A DNA stretch of 64,000 bases from Gemmiger formicilis (GTDB lineage Bacteria; Bacillota_I; Bacilli_A; RFN20; CAG-826), in the NCBI GenBank assembly GCA_963626345.1, contig CAVFXI010000037.1, positions 1,616 through 65,615 of the forward strand, written 5' to 3'. This document shows, in pieces, positions 35,529-45,486 of this stretch (position 1 is its first letter; each line of letters starts with the position of its first letter). Position numbers and translations under genes: made by a program. The notes below the pieces were generated by a model. That model saw only the letters and a program-made list of their open reading frames with translations, made no database searches and had not been told where the DNA came from.

Positions 35529-36956
35529 ATGCTTAAATTTGACACAAACGTACAAGAACTTAAATACAAGGTCTTAAGGGAAGTAGCAAGATCTACTTTT
35601 AAAGGAACATTATTAGAAGATTATAACGAAATTCCAAAGATTATTGTTCCAGGGCCAAAACCATCAATGCGTTGCTGCATTTATAAAGAAAGAGCAATTG
35701 TTTTAGAAAGAATGAAACTTGCTACTGGCGGCAATAAAGAAAGAGATAATGTTGTCGAAGTTATGAATATAGCTTGTGATGAATGTCCAGTCGGTGGTTA
35801 TACTGTTACTCACAATTGTAGAGGTTGTATTGCTCATAGATGTGAAAAAGCATGTATGAGACACTGTATTTCATTTGACCCAGAAACTAGACAAGCAAAA
35901 ATTGATAAAACAAAATGTGTTAATTGTGGTCTTTGTGCAAAGGCATGTCAATATGGTGCAATTTTGAACTTCAAGAGACCTTGCGAATCTGCATGTAAAG
36001 TGAATGCAATTTCAATGGGCGAAGATTTTGCTGCAAAAATTGATGATTCAAAGTGTATTCAATGTGGAAGTTGTGTTTCACAATGTCCATTTGGTGCAAT
36101 TATGGATAAATCATCAATTGTCGATGTAATTAATACAATTAAAGATAGTGATTTCAGCAAGAAATATAACATTTATGCTGTTGTTGCTCCTTCAATTTCA
36201 AGTCAATTTAAATATGCAACATTAGGGCAAGTTGTTAGTGCAATCAAAGAACTTGGTTTCCATAGTGTTGTTGAGGCTGCATTAGGTGCGGATATGGTTG
36301 CTTATAGTGAAGCTCATGAACTTGCAGAAAGAGGGAAATTAACATCTTCTTGCTGTCCTGTATTTGTTAATTTCATTAATAAAAAATATCCTGAACTTGT
36401 GCCATATATTTCAAGCAATTTATCACCAATGGCTGCTATCTCAGAATATTTAAAGAAAGTTGATCCAACATGTAAGATTGTATTTGTTGGACCATGTATT
36501 GGTAAGAAAGGCGAAATTAAGAAAGATAGAGTTAAACCACTTGTTGATTACGTTTTAACTTTTGAAGAATTACAAGCTTTAATTGATAGTAGGGATATTG
36601 ATTGTTCTAAACTTGAAGAAAGCAAACTTGATAATGCTTCATATTATGGAAGAATTTTTGCAAGATGTGGTGGATTAACTGATGCTGTTAAAGAAGCATT
36701 GAAAGAATCAAATGTTGAATTTGAAGTTAAAGGTGCTCAATGTGACGGAATTCAAAATTGCAAGGCTGCTTTAGACAAACTTAAAGCAGGAACTGAAGAT
36801 TTCAACTTTATTGAAGGTATGGCTTGCGTTAATGGTTGTATTGGTGGTCCATGTTGTTTAACTCATGAATTTAGAGATAAAGCAGAAGTTGATAAATATG
36901 GTATGCAAGCTAAAGAAAAGACAATTTTAGATGCTATAAAAGCTGTTAAACAATAA
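35529..36956 (+). CDS. [FeFe]-hydrogenase catalytic-domain protein with multiple N-terminal Fe-S clusters (HfsD-like, group B)
   Basis: H-cluster motifs TSSCCPVF, GPCIGKKGE and EGMACVNGCIGGPC. Ferredoxin motifs CVNCGLCAKACQ and CIQCGSCVSQCP. Confidence 0.85.
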   Translation: MLKFDTNVQELKYKVLREVARSTFKGTLLEDYNEIPKIIVPGPKPSMRCCIYKERAIVLERMKLATGGNKERDNVVEVMNIACDECPVGGYTVTHNCRGCIAHRCEKACMRHCISFDPETRQAKIDKTKCVNCGLCAKACQYGAILNFKRPCESACKVNAISMGEDFAAKIDDSKCIQCGSCVSQCPFGAIMDKSSIVDVINTIKDSDFSKKYNIYAVVAPSISSQFKYATLGQVVSAIKELGFHSVVEAALGADMVAYSEAHELAERGKLTSSCCPVFVNFINKKYPELVPYISSNLSPMAAISEYLKKVDPTCKIVFVGPCIGKKGEIKKDRVKPLVDYVLTFEELQALIDSRDIDCSKLEESKLDNASYYGRIFARCGGLTDAVKEALKESNVEFEVKGAQCDGIQNCKAALDKLKAGTEDFNFIEGMACVNGCIGGPCCLTHEFRDKAEVDKYGMQAKEKTILDAIKAVKQ

Positions 36957-36968
36957 ATATAATAAAAT

Positions 36969-37000
36969 AAGCGCTACCCGAATAAGGCGGCGCTTTTTTT
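36969..37000. terminator. Terminator hairpin between convergent genes
   Basis: AAGCGCTACC ... GGCGGCGCTT imperfect stem followed by T7. An A/T-rich run lies on the opposite side. Confidence 0.6.
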
Positions 37001-37005
37001 GATAT

Positions 37006-37935
37006 TTAGAATTTAACACTAATCTTGAAGAATGTTGATTCCTTCGAATCAAGATAGAGTGTGAACTTATTTTGTTCAATTATGGTTTTTAATGTTTCAA
37101 GGTTGACATTTGTTGTTACAGATGATGGATGAGTACCAACTTTTGAATAAAATGCTTCATAAACTTGTTCTTTATTTTCTTCTTTAATTTTGCAACCTGA
37201 ATTATAAACAGAAAAATAAGTATTTCCATTATCTTTAAATAATGCAACTTGGATAATTCCATTAAAATCTACATTTTTAATAGCGTTTTCAATTAATATC
37301 TTTGTTAATGTAGAAACGTCTTTTTTATCACTACTTAACATTATTTTTGGTTCAATATTTTTGACAAATTCAACATGATTATTAAAGCAAATTGCATCAT
37401 AAGAAACAGAAATTTGTTCAACCAAGTTACTTAAATCGAATTCTTCTTTAATAATTTCCTCGGGTTGTTCTTCTTGAACTATCTTGTGTTCGACTGGATT
37501 TGGATTTCCAATATCTTCGACAATTAAATACATATTATTTGTTTCGTTTAAGATATTTTGCACCCATCGATTTTTCTCGTTTGTGCTTTTTAAAGTTAAA
37601 GCATTTTCTTTAATATTGTTTATTGGGGTTTTGATATTATTTTTTATTCTTCCAATATATTGCTCTTTATCTTTTTCGGCTTTTAAAATAGGTTTAATAA
37701 TCATTTTGGTTAAAGATATACTCAAAATAAAAACGATAATCCAAGCAACAAAAAGACATATTGAAAGCGGAATTATATTGATTAAACTTGTCTCTAAATC
37801 TACTTTTAAAACAAAATAGTTATATGCAAAATAACCACAATCTAATAATAAAAATAAAAAGAAAGTTGTAAGGCAAATTACAAGCCCAATTTTTCTTCTA
37901 ATTGCGCTAATCATTTCAGTGTTTTCGTTTTCCAT
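37006..37935 (-). CDS. Membrane-anchored histidine-kinase-like protein lacking the phospho-acceptor His (pseudo-kinase?)
   Basis: Two N-terminal TMs. The DHp-like IGRIKNNIKTPINNIKE aligns to the xSHELKTPLxxI H-box with Asn in place of His. The N-box LIENAIKN is present, while the G1/G2 boxes are degenerate. No response regulator is adjacent. Confidence 0.55.
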   Translation of the reverse strand: MENENTEMISAIRRKIGLVICLTTFFLFLLLDCGYFAYNYFVLKVDLETSLINIIPLSICLFVAWIIVFILSISLTKMIIKPILKAEKDKEQYIGRIKNNIKTPINNIKENALTLKSTNEKNRWVQNILNETNNMYLIVEDIGNPNPVEHKIVQEEQPEEIIKEEFDLSNLVEQISVSYDAICFNNHVEFVKNIEPKIMLSSDKKDVSTLTKILIENAIKNVDFNGIIQVALFKDNGNTYFSVYNSGCKIKEENKEQVYEAFYSKVGTHPSSVTTNVNLETLKTIIEQNKFTLYLDSKESTFFKISVKF

Positions 37936-38049
37936 TTTAAGTTCCTCGATTTAACAATAATTATTATACATTTTAAAAGAAACTTATTTTTATTTTTCTT
38001 CTTTATAAGTGTGAAAAATATTAAAATATTAATTGGAAGGTGATACATA

Positions 38050-40434
38050 ATGGAAAGAAAAGATATTGAAAAATTAACATTGAAAGAAAAGTGCTATTTT
38101 TTAAGTGGTGCTAATAATTGGGAAACAGTTGAATTAAAGAAAATTGGATTGAAATCTATCTTAATGACTGATGGTCCTTATGGAATTAGAAAAGTTTTAA
38201 AGGGTAGTGGAATTGGTGATGAACAATCTGTTAAAGCAACTGCTTTTCCAACGAATGTTGTTCTTGGATCTACTTTTAATAAAGAACTAGCATATAAGTT
38301 TGGTCATGCATTAGGGGAAGAAGCAAAACATTATAATGTTGATATGGTTTTGGGTCCTGGTATTTGTATTAAAAGAAGCCCATTATGTGGTAGAAATTTT
38401 GAATATATATCGGAAGATCCATATGTTGCAGGATTATTAGCAAGCGAATATATTAATGGTCTTCAGGATAATGGTGTTGGTTGTTCATTAAAACATTTTG
38501 CATGCAATAATCAAGAAACTTATAGATCAATGATTGACGAAGTCGTTGATGAAAGAGCGTTGAGAGAAATATATTTAAAAGGATTTGAAATCGCTGTTAA
38601 AAATGGTCAACCTATGTCGATTATGACAAGTTATAATAAAATTAATGGTGTATTTTCTAGCGATAATAAATGGTTATTGACGGATGTTGCAAGAAATGAG
38701 TGGGGTTTTAAAGGCTTTTTTGTGAGTGACTGGGGAGGTTGCGCTCATAGAGACTTAGCAGTATTAGCGGGCGAAGATTTAGAGATGCCTTGTAGTGGCA
38801 AAAAAGCACCTGAAATGCTAATCCAAGCGGTAAATGATGGGAAAATTGATGAGAGTGTCATCAATGACAGGGTATATTGTTTAGCAAATTCATTAATGGC
38901 AGCACAAAATAGGCGAGTTGAAAATTATAAATGTGATTTTGAAAAAGACCATGATATAGCTAAAGAAGTATCTGATGAAGGTATGGTTTTACTTAAAAAC
39001 AATAATGAGATACTTCCACTTAAAAAAGATGAGAAAGTTTTGTTTGTTGGTGATTTCTTAAATTTTGATAAATTTGAAGCCAGCGGATCGAGTACTGTTA
39101 ATGCAATAAATGTTATTGGGATTAAAAAGGCCATAGGTGATAATAAGAGTGTCACATATGCAACCGGCTATTCCATGAATGAAAAAGAAGACACAGTATC
39201 TTTAGAAAATGAATGTCTTACTAAAGCTAAGCAAGTCGATAAAGTTGTATTATTAATGGGACTTGGGGAATATGATGAATCAGAGAGTTATGACAGAAAG
39301 ACTTTAGATTTGCCTAAGAACCAAGTTAAACTACTTAATAAAATTTATGAAGTAAATAAAAATATTATTGTTGTTTTAATTAATGGCGCACCAGTTACAA
39401 TGCCATTTATAAATAAAGTTGAAGCCATTTTAGAAGCTTATCTTGGCGGCGAAGCTTATGGTCAATCAATAGTTGATATTCTTTATGGGAAAGTTAATCC
39501 TAGTGGTAGACTCGCTGAGAGTTTTCCAATCAGTATAAAAGATACTCCATGTTATAAATATTTCCCTGGTGGAACAAATGCATCTTATTATAAAGAATCA
39601 ATTTTTGTTGGCTATAGATATTACTCAACTTTCAAAAAACCTACTCTTTTCCCATTCGGATTTGGTTTAAGCTATTCAAAATTTAAATATAGAAATATGA
39701 ATATTGTACTTAATGATGGAAAGCTTTCTATTACTTGCAAAATTAAAAACATTAGTAAAGTTGATGGAAAAGAAGTTGTTCAAATATATGTTGGTGGGCC
39801 ACAAACAACTGTTTTTAAGCCATTAAAAGAATTAAAAGATTTTACTAAGGTTTTCTTAAAAGCAGGAGAAGAAAAGCAAATTCATATGGAAATCCCATTT
39901 GAAAATTTAAAATATTTTAACTTTAAAGAAAAAAAGTGGGTATTAGAAACTGGAAATTATACCGTTTATGTTGGTGGTGATAGCGAAAACAATATGTTAA
40001 GCAAAGATTTCTATATTCAATCAAATGAAAAGATAGAATCTCCATATTATCGTTCACAAGTTATCTCATATTTTAATGGTAAAATCCAAAAAGTTCCAAA
40101 CCATGAATTTGAGACAATATGCGGAAATAAACTTCCTAAATATAATTTAAGCAAGTTTAAAATAACTGACAATCATTGTTTTAGAACAAGTAGAGGCAGA
40201 CTTATTGGAAGAATAATTTATAGGGCAATTCTTTCTCAAAAGGAACTAAAAAAGAATCCATTCTATTTAGAAATTGCACTAACAACTCCATATAGACAAA
40301 TGTTCTTGTTTAGTGGTGATGATGTAAGTTATGAAGAGCAAAAGATTATTCTAAAAGTTATGAATGGTCACGTTAGAAAAAAATATATAAAAACTTATAT
40401 AGAAGTTCTTAAAAAAATGGCAGGTTTGAAATAA
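38050..40434 (+). CDS. GH3 beta-glucosidase/beta-hexosaminidase-type glycoside hydrolase
   Basis: KHFACNNQE, the nucleophile region GFFVSDWGG, a GH3 C-terminal domain, and an Fn3-like region (VVQIYVG...). Confidence 0.88.
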   Translation: MERKDIEKLTLKEKCYFLSGANNWETVELKKIGLKSILMTDGPYGIRKVLKGSGIGDEQSVKATAFPTNVVLGSTFNKELAYKFGHALGEEAKHYNVDMVLGPGICIKRSPLCGRNFEYISEDPYVAGLLASEYINGLQDNGVGCSLKHFACNNQETYRSMIDEVVDERALREIYLKGFEIAVKNGQPMSIMTSYNKINGVFSSDNKWLLTDVARNEWGFKGFFVSDWGGCAHRDLAVLAGEDLEMPCSGKKAPEMLIQAVNDGKIDESVINDRVYCLANSLMAAQNRRVENYKCDFEKDHDIAKEVSDEGMVLLKNNNEILPLKKDEKVLFVGDFLNFDKFEASGSSTVNAINVIGIKKAIGDNKSVTYATGYSMNEKEDTVSLENECLTKAKQVDKVVLLMGLGEYDESESYDRKTLDLPKNQVKLLNKIYEVNKNIIVVLINGAPVTMPFINKVEAILEAYLGGEAYGQSIVDILYGKVNPSGRLAESFPISIKDTPCYKYFPGGTNASYYKESIFVGYRYYSTFKKPTLFPFGFGLSYSKFKYRNMNIVLNDGKLSITCKIKNISKVDGKEVVQIYVGGPQTTVFKPLKELKDFTKVFLKAGEEKQIHMEIPFENLKYFNFKEKKWVLETGNYTVYVGGDSENNMLSKDFYIQSNEKIESPYYRSQVISYFNGKIQKVPNHEFETICGNKLPKYNLSKFKITDNHCFRTSRGRLIGRIIYRAILSQKELKKNPFYLEIALTTPYRQMFLFSGDDVSYEEQKIILKVMNGHVRKKYIKTYIEVLKKMAGLK

Positions 40435-40435
40435 C

Positions 40436-41461
40436 CTACCATTTATTAACGACTCTTTCAGCCATTCCTAAAGCATCATTAATTTTGATGCTTTTCTTTT
40501 TGTATTTGATTTCTCCATTAAATCGACCAAATACTTGATGTTGCAAAGAACAAAGAACTCCTAAATTTGTGTCAACATTACGGTCAACAATAGGAGTAAA
40601 AGTCATATTTATATCACCTTTTTCGCTAATAATTTTCCATTGTTCTTCGTATTTATAATTTCCTTTTTCGTCTTTAGGAATAAGGAATTGAACATCATTT
40701 AATTTATAAGCTTCTTTGTTAACAAATAACATATTTTCGCTTGCTGCACTTGTATCGCCAAATCCATAGCCAAGATTAAAACCTTTTATTGTTCCGTCTT
40801 TATCTTTATAAGAAAGCGATCCCCAATACCATGTATTGCTATATGTCCAAACTCCTCTTCCCCAATCTAAAACGCCTAATGCATCTTCGAATTTATACTT
40901 TCTTTCACCAATCGAGAAAGTTCCATTGCAAAGTAAATTATTGATTTTTTGATTGTAATAGAAATGTTTTTCTTTTTTAAATGGTGTAGCAATGACCATA
41001 GATTTATCACTTGTTTGAGTAACCACAAAATCACATTTGAAATCGCTATGTTTTGTGAAGTTTTTAAGATAAACAACAAGATGTCTTTCGGTTCCATTAT
41101 TTAAGAATTTAAAGCTAAAGTTTTTCCCATCTTCGTAAATTACATCTCCTTTTTTAGAAGTTGATGGGAAACCAATTTTGCCAAAACTAAAGAATTTAAT
41201 AATGCTTTTATTCATATGTTTTTTGAATTTAAAATCCATGAAATTAACACTAACAAGAGACATGTATGAATTGTCAGCAATTGTTAAACCAACTCCAAAA
41301 TCATCATTTAAAAATAGATAATAATCCCATTCTTTAATTCTTGATTTTAAACCTTTTATATCTTTACGATTATATTCTCTAACAAGATCATAACTAAAAC
41401 CACATTCTCTTAAATTGCCTTTATTGTCTAATAATTTACCTTCGCTTAAAATTTTATCCAT
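40436..41461 (-). CDS. DUF2804-family protein
   Basis: Size of ~340 aa, with WDYY and DWGRGVWTYSNTWYWGS blocks that resemble DUF2804. Confidence 0.5.
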   Translation of the reverse strand: MDKILSEGKLLDNKGNLRECGFSYDLVREYNRKDIKGLKSRIKEWDYYLFLNDDFGVGLTIADNSYMSLVSVNFMDFKFKKHMNKSIIKFFSFGKIGFPSTSKKGDVIYEDGKNFSFKFLNNGTERHLVVYLKNFTKHSDFKCDFVVTQTSDKSMVIATPFKKEKHFYYNQKINNLLCNGTFSIGERKYKFEDALGVLDWGRGVWTYSNTWYWGSLSYKDKDGTIKGFNLGYGFGDTSAASENMLFVNKEAYKLNDVQFLIPKDEKGNYKYEEQWKIISEKGDINMTFTPIVDRNVDTNLGVLCSLQHQVFGRFNGEIKYKKKSIKINDALGMAERVVNKW

Positions 41462-41473
41462 AACGTTCTCCTA

Positions 41474-42679
41474 TTATTTAGTCATTAATGATTCATATAT
41501 CTCTTTAAAGTCTCGTTCATTAAATAAAACGGGACAAGGATATAGTGGGATTGCTTCTTTATATGAAGCATGGGCTAAGTTATAAATATCTTCCTTTTTT
41601 ATTTCTTTAATATATGTAGGGAGACCAAATTTAGCATTCATGTCTTCGATCCACTTTATTAATAAATTCGTATTTGTTATTTCTGAATTGCTTGGTTTTC
41701 CTAAACCTATATATACTGCAATTTTTGACATTTTTTTAAGGCCTTTATTTCGATTTTTATATATATCTAAAACTTTTGGCAAGATTATTGCATTTAAATA
41801 TCCATGTGGTAAATCGTATTTTCCACCGATTGCATGGGCAATTGCATGGACATTTCCAACCATACTTCTTGTAAAAGCCTTTCCTGCTAAAAATGATGCT
41901 TTTAACATTTCATTTTTTGCAGCTAGATCGTTTTTATCATTATATCCTTGAAGTAAATTATCTTTTATTAATTTGCACGCTTCTAATGAATATTTTTTAG
42001 TTTTTGGAGTTGTATCAATATTTAAATATGCTTCAATGGCATGAGTTAAGGCATCCATTCCTGTTGTTGCAAATGTCATAGGTGGTAAATTTATAAGCAT
42101 ATTGCCATCCAGGAATGCATAATTTGGTACAAGTTTCATTGATTCTATTGGGAATTTTTCGCCAGTTTTTTCATTTCTAACAACAGCAGCAACTGTTGTC
42201 TCGCTTCCGCTTCCAGATGTGGTTGGGAAAGCTATCATAAATGGCATTTTGTGTCTGACCTTAAATAGACCTTTAAATTTTTCTATATCACCTTTATTTT
42301 TGACCAAAACACCTATAGTTTTGCAACAATCCATGACACTTCCGCCACCTATAGCAATTAAACCATTACATTTATTTTCTAAATATACTTTTTTACCTTC
42401 ATAACAGTTTTCAAAAGTTGGGTTGTTTGAAACATTTGTGAATTCAAAAAAACTAATCCCAGCAGAAGAAAGTGCATCTTTGCAAGATTGAGTTAAACCA
42501 TGTTTTGAAATATTAGGACCGGAAACAAGCAAAATATTTGTTATTTTGTGTTTTTTTAAAATGTTTACCATTTCATCATATTTAGTAATAACTTTAGGTT
42601 CTGGCCAATATAAAAAATATTCCACTAAAGCTAATGAATAATTAACTATTCTAACCCCTAATCTTTGCAAAGGTTTCAT
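41474..42679 (-). CDS. Iron-containing (class III) alcohol dehydrogenase
   Basis: GGGSVMDCCK, TTSGSGSE, and the His cluster VHAIAHAIGGKYDLPHG. Confidence 0.88.
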   Translation of the reverse strand: MKPLQRLGVRIVNYSLALVEYFLYWPEPKVITKYDEMVNILKKHKITNILLVSGPNISKHGLTQSCKDALSSAGISFFEFTNVSNNPTFENCYEGKKVYLENKCNGLIAIGGGSVMDCCKTIGVLVKNKGDIEKFKGLFKVRHKMPFMIAFPTTSGSGSETTVAAVVRNEKTGEKFPIESMKLVPNYAFLDGNMLINLPPMTFATTGMDALTHAIEAYLNIDTTPKTKKYSLEACKLIKDNLLQGYNDKNDLAAKNEMLKASFLAGKAFTRSMVGNVHAIAHAIGGKYDLPHGYLNAIILPKVLDIYKNRNKGLKKMSKIAVYIGLGKPSNSEITNTNLLIKWIEDMNAKFGLPTYIKEIKKEDIYNLAHASYKEAIPLYPCPVLFNERDFKEIYESLMTK

Positions 42680-43152
42680 AATTTACCTCCCATCTTTTCA
42701 ATAAATTTAATACTATTTATCTGACCACTTATTTTTATGTAATCCTTTAAATATCCAATTCTATATTTTTTATTATCAGTTGTTTTTAAAACTATTGCTC
42801 CTGAATTATGAACGAATATTCCAAAGAAAGTAAAAGAGATTGTTGAATCCACTAATTTTTCAAAAGGAATAATTATTGTTTCTTTTTTTGATCTATTTAA
42901 AACTAATGTTTTTCCATCAATTTCAATTAAATTAACTGGCCTTCTTTTAAAGTTAATAAATAGAATAATTAAAATAACATCAAAAATAATGAAAATAATT
43001 GACGTAATTAAATAAGGCCAAGATTCTTTAAAATCCACTCTTAAAACAGGCAAATACATAATAATTGCAACTATTGTCGATAAAATAAAAGCAATAGTGT
43101 ATGCAAAAGTATATTGATTTGATTTAACACCTAAAATTTTGTTGTTTTCCAT
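42676..43152 (-). CDS. Small membrane protein (2 TM + PH-like soluble tail), function unknown
   Basis: Two hydrophobic helices followed by a ~90-aa soluble domain. Its stop overlaps the start of the downstream ADH gene by 4 nt. Confidence 0.5.
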   Translation of the reverse strand: MENNKILGVKSNQYTFAYTIAFILSTIVAIIMYLPVLRVDFKESWPYLITSIIFIIFDVILIILFINFKRRPVNLIEIDGKTLVLNRSKKETIIIPFEKLVDSTISFTFFGIFVHNSGAIVLKTTDNKKYRIGYLKDYIKISGQINSIKFIEKMGGKL

Positions 43153-43299
43153 AAAAATATTTTACTATTTTAAAGGAAATAATTACATTATTTTTAGTAT
43201 GCCATAAATGATTTTATTACGAACATATACTGATTTTTTTGTTTCAAGTTTGAAAAAATATTTACAACGAAAGTTTGATCTTTTGTAGATTTAAATAAA

Positions 43300-44667
43300 T
43301 CACAAATTTTGAGATTTCTTTTCTTTATGTTTAAAAATAAAGAAATATAGTAAACATACAATTAATGAAAATAGTGCAGAAAAAACAAGAGCAAGACCCA
43401 TATTAAATAGATTTGGTTCCATTACATATGTTGCTAAATATAAATATGGTATTTTTACCAAGAGTATTGCACATATACCTTGGATCATAACAAATCTTGT
43501 TTTGCCTCTTCCATTTAAATAACCCATAAAGCAATAGGCTATACAAAATAGAAAGCATTCAATTGAAGTAGTTTTTAAAAATAAACCTGAGTCTTTGATT
43601 GTTTCGGTTGCATTTTCAATTGTTTTATCAATAAAAATAGTCGATAAAGATTCTCCAAAAAAGAAAATTATTATAGAAACAATAGTTCCTAAAATAACAG
43701 CTAGAATTAATCCGACACCTAGAATTTTATCGGCTCTTTTTATGTTGTTTGCGCCTATATTTTGCGCAACCATAGCAGAAATAGATTGCATAAATGTGTT
43801 TGGAATTAATAAAACAAATATAACAATTTTTTCAGCGATTCCAACTCCAGCAGAGGCTACAAGACCAAGCACATTAACAAATGCAAATAATAAAAGATAA
43901 GAAACTTCGCTGCAAAAATCTTGGAAACCAACTGGAAGACCAATTTTGGCTATAGTCTTTGTAGTGGATTTATCAAATTTTAATGAATCTTTTTCAAATA
44001 CAAATGCTGATTTCTTAAGCTTGAAATATACTAAAGACAGCAATACGCTTAATGCTTGAGAAGCAACAGTAGCAATTGCGGCTCCTACCGCTCCCATTTT
44101 AAAGTTATATATTAAAACTAAATCGCCAACTATATTTACTACAGCAGCAATAAAAACAAAAAGTAATGGAGATTTGGAGTCTCCTAATCCTCTAAAGATA
44201 GCACTTAATAAATTATAAGCAGCTATACAAATTGATCCGCCACCACAAATTTGTATATATCTAATTGTTGGCTCGAGGGCCTCTTCAGGTGTATTCATTA
44301 AAATCGCTATTGGTTTTGCGAGAAAAACCATTAAGATACTAATTAAAAAACCAAGGATTAAAAACAGAATAATACTTGAAACGATTGTTTTTGATGCACC
44401 TTTATAATCTTTTTCTCCTATTTTTTTACCTAGTATTACAGTGACACCGGTTGCTAAGCCTGTAAGGAAACCAGTTATTATTTGAATGGTTTGACTGCCA
44501 ATTGCGACTGCTGAAATATTAGCAGTTGATGAAAATCTTCCGACCGTCCAAAGATCAACAACGCCATACAAAGCTTGCAAAATTAACGCAAATAGAATTG
44601 GTAAGGAAAACTTAATAAAACCTTTAAAAACACTACCTTCTATGATATTACTTCTAACATTTTCCAT
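43300..44667 (-). CDS. MATE-family efflux transporter
   Basis: 455 aa, 12 TM. The N-terminal FKGFIKFSLPILFALILQALYGVVDLWTVGRF is typical of MATE/NorM. Confidence 0.88.
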   Translation of the reverse strand: MENVRSNIIEGSVFKGFIKFSLPILFALILQALYGVVDLWTVGRFSSTANISAVAIGSQTIQIITGFLTGLATGVTVILGKKIGEKDYKGASKTIVSSIILFLILGFLISILMVFLAKPIAILMNTPEEALEPTIRYIQICGGGSICIAAYNLLSAIFRGLGDSKSPLLFVFIAAVVNIVGDLVLIYNFKMGAVGAAIATVASQALSVLLSLVYFKLKKSAFVFEKDSLKFDKSTTKTIAKIGLPVGFQDFCSEVSYLLLFAFVNVLGLVASAGVGIAEKIVIFVLLIPNTFMQSISAMVAQNIGANNIKRADKILGVGLILAVILGTIVSIIIFFFGESLSTIFIDKTIENATETIKDSGLFLKTTSIECFLFCIAYCFMGYLNGRGKTRFVMIQGICAILLVKIPYLYLATYVMEPNLFNMGLALVFSALFSLIVCLLYFFIFKHKEKKSQNL

Positions 44668-44776
44668 AGTTTCTCCTTTCTAATTTCCTTAAATTTAGCA
44701 AATGAAATATCGCAAAACGGAGGGCTAAAGTCAATAGTTTTTAATGTAATTCATTCTTATATAGTTTATTATATTT

Positions 44777-45466
44777 ATGTTTTATAAAAAAATGTCGAGG
44801 TTAATTATGTCTAGAAAAAAATTATCAAATAGTTACTCTATTGCGACGATAGGTATGGTTCTTTCAACTATATATATTGTTTTGCTTTTGGTCCAATTAG
44901 TTTTAGCAATTGCCACAAACTCACTTAACGCATCTGGTTTTGTTATTGGATTAATGAATTATGCAATTAATGTCCTTTTCTATTTAATCATTTGCAGTTA
45001 TTTTGCAAGAGGTAGATCGAATCCTGTATTTATATATATAGGAATTTGTATGTTGTTGCTTAGTTCGTATGTTATTCCTGCTATTTTTCAAGTGATTCGA
45101 AATCTTTCTGGCTTAATGATTAATTGGAGAAACCCACAAATTTATTTCTTATCATTAGGTACTATTTTAGGGATTGTTTATTTTATTTTTCTTGCTTTAA
45201 ATACAAAAGAAAGAAGAAAGGGCTACACAACTGCTTTAATTGTTTTTGGAACAATTATGTTCGTTCTTGCAATTCTTACTTCGGTTTCTTTAATTTTTAC
45301 AACAGTTGAAGGAATTAAAGCAATTGTTGCAAATGCAACTGAACTAGGTGCTAGTGGAGTCGCTTCAATGATTATATTAATTCTTGAAGTGTTGATGTCG
45401 TTAACAAGCACCGCTTTTGCTCTTATTTATTTCTTATATCCAATTTATCTTAAAAATTCTTATTAA
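44777..45466 (+). CDS. Polytopic membrane protein, function unknown
   Basis: 229 aa with about 6 hydrophobic helices. No recognisable motif. The start is ambiguous (44777, 44792 or 44807). Confidence 0.5.
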   Translation: MFYKKMSRLIMSRKKLSNSYSIATIGMVLSTIYIVLLLVQLVLAIATNSLNASGFVIGLMNYAINVLFYLIICSYFARGRSNPVFIYIGICMLLLSSYVIPAIFQVIRNLSGLMINWRNPQIYFLSLGTILGIVYFIFLALNTKERRKGYTTALIVFGTIMFVLAILTSVSLIFTTVEGIKAIVANATELGASGVASMIILILEVLMSLTSTAFALIYFLYPIYLKNSY

Positions 45467-45486
45467 ATTAAATCGAGGTCATAACT

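Noticed and set aside
40432-40438. Convergent GH3 and DUF2804 genes whose stop codons are separated by a single nucleotide, with no terminator between them.
   Set aside because: This is noted as tight packing that implies overlapping convergent transcripts. Nothing in the sequence indicates a specific regulatory device.
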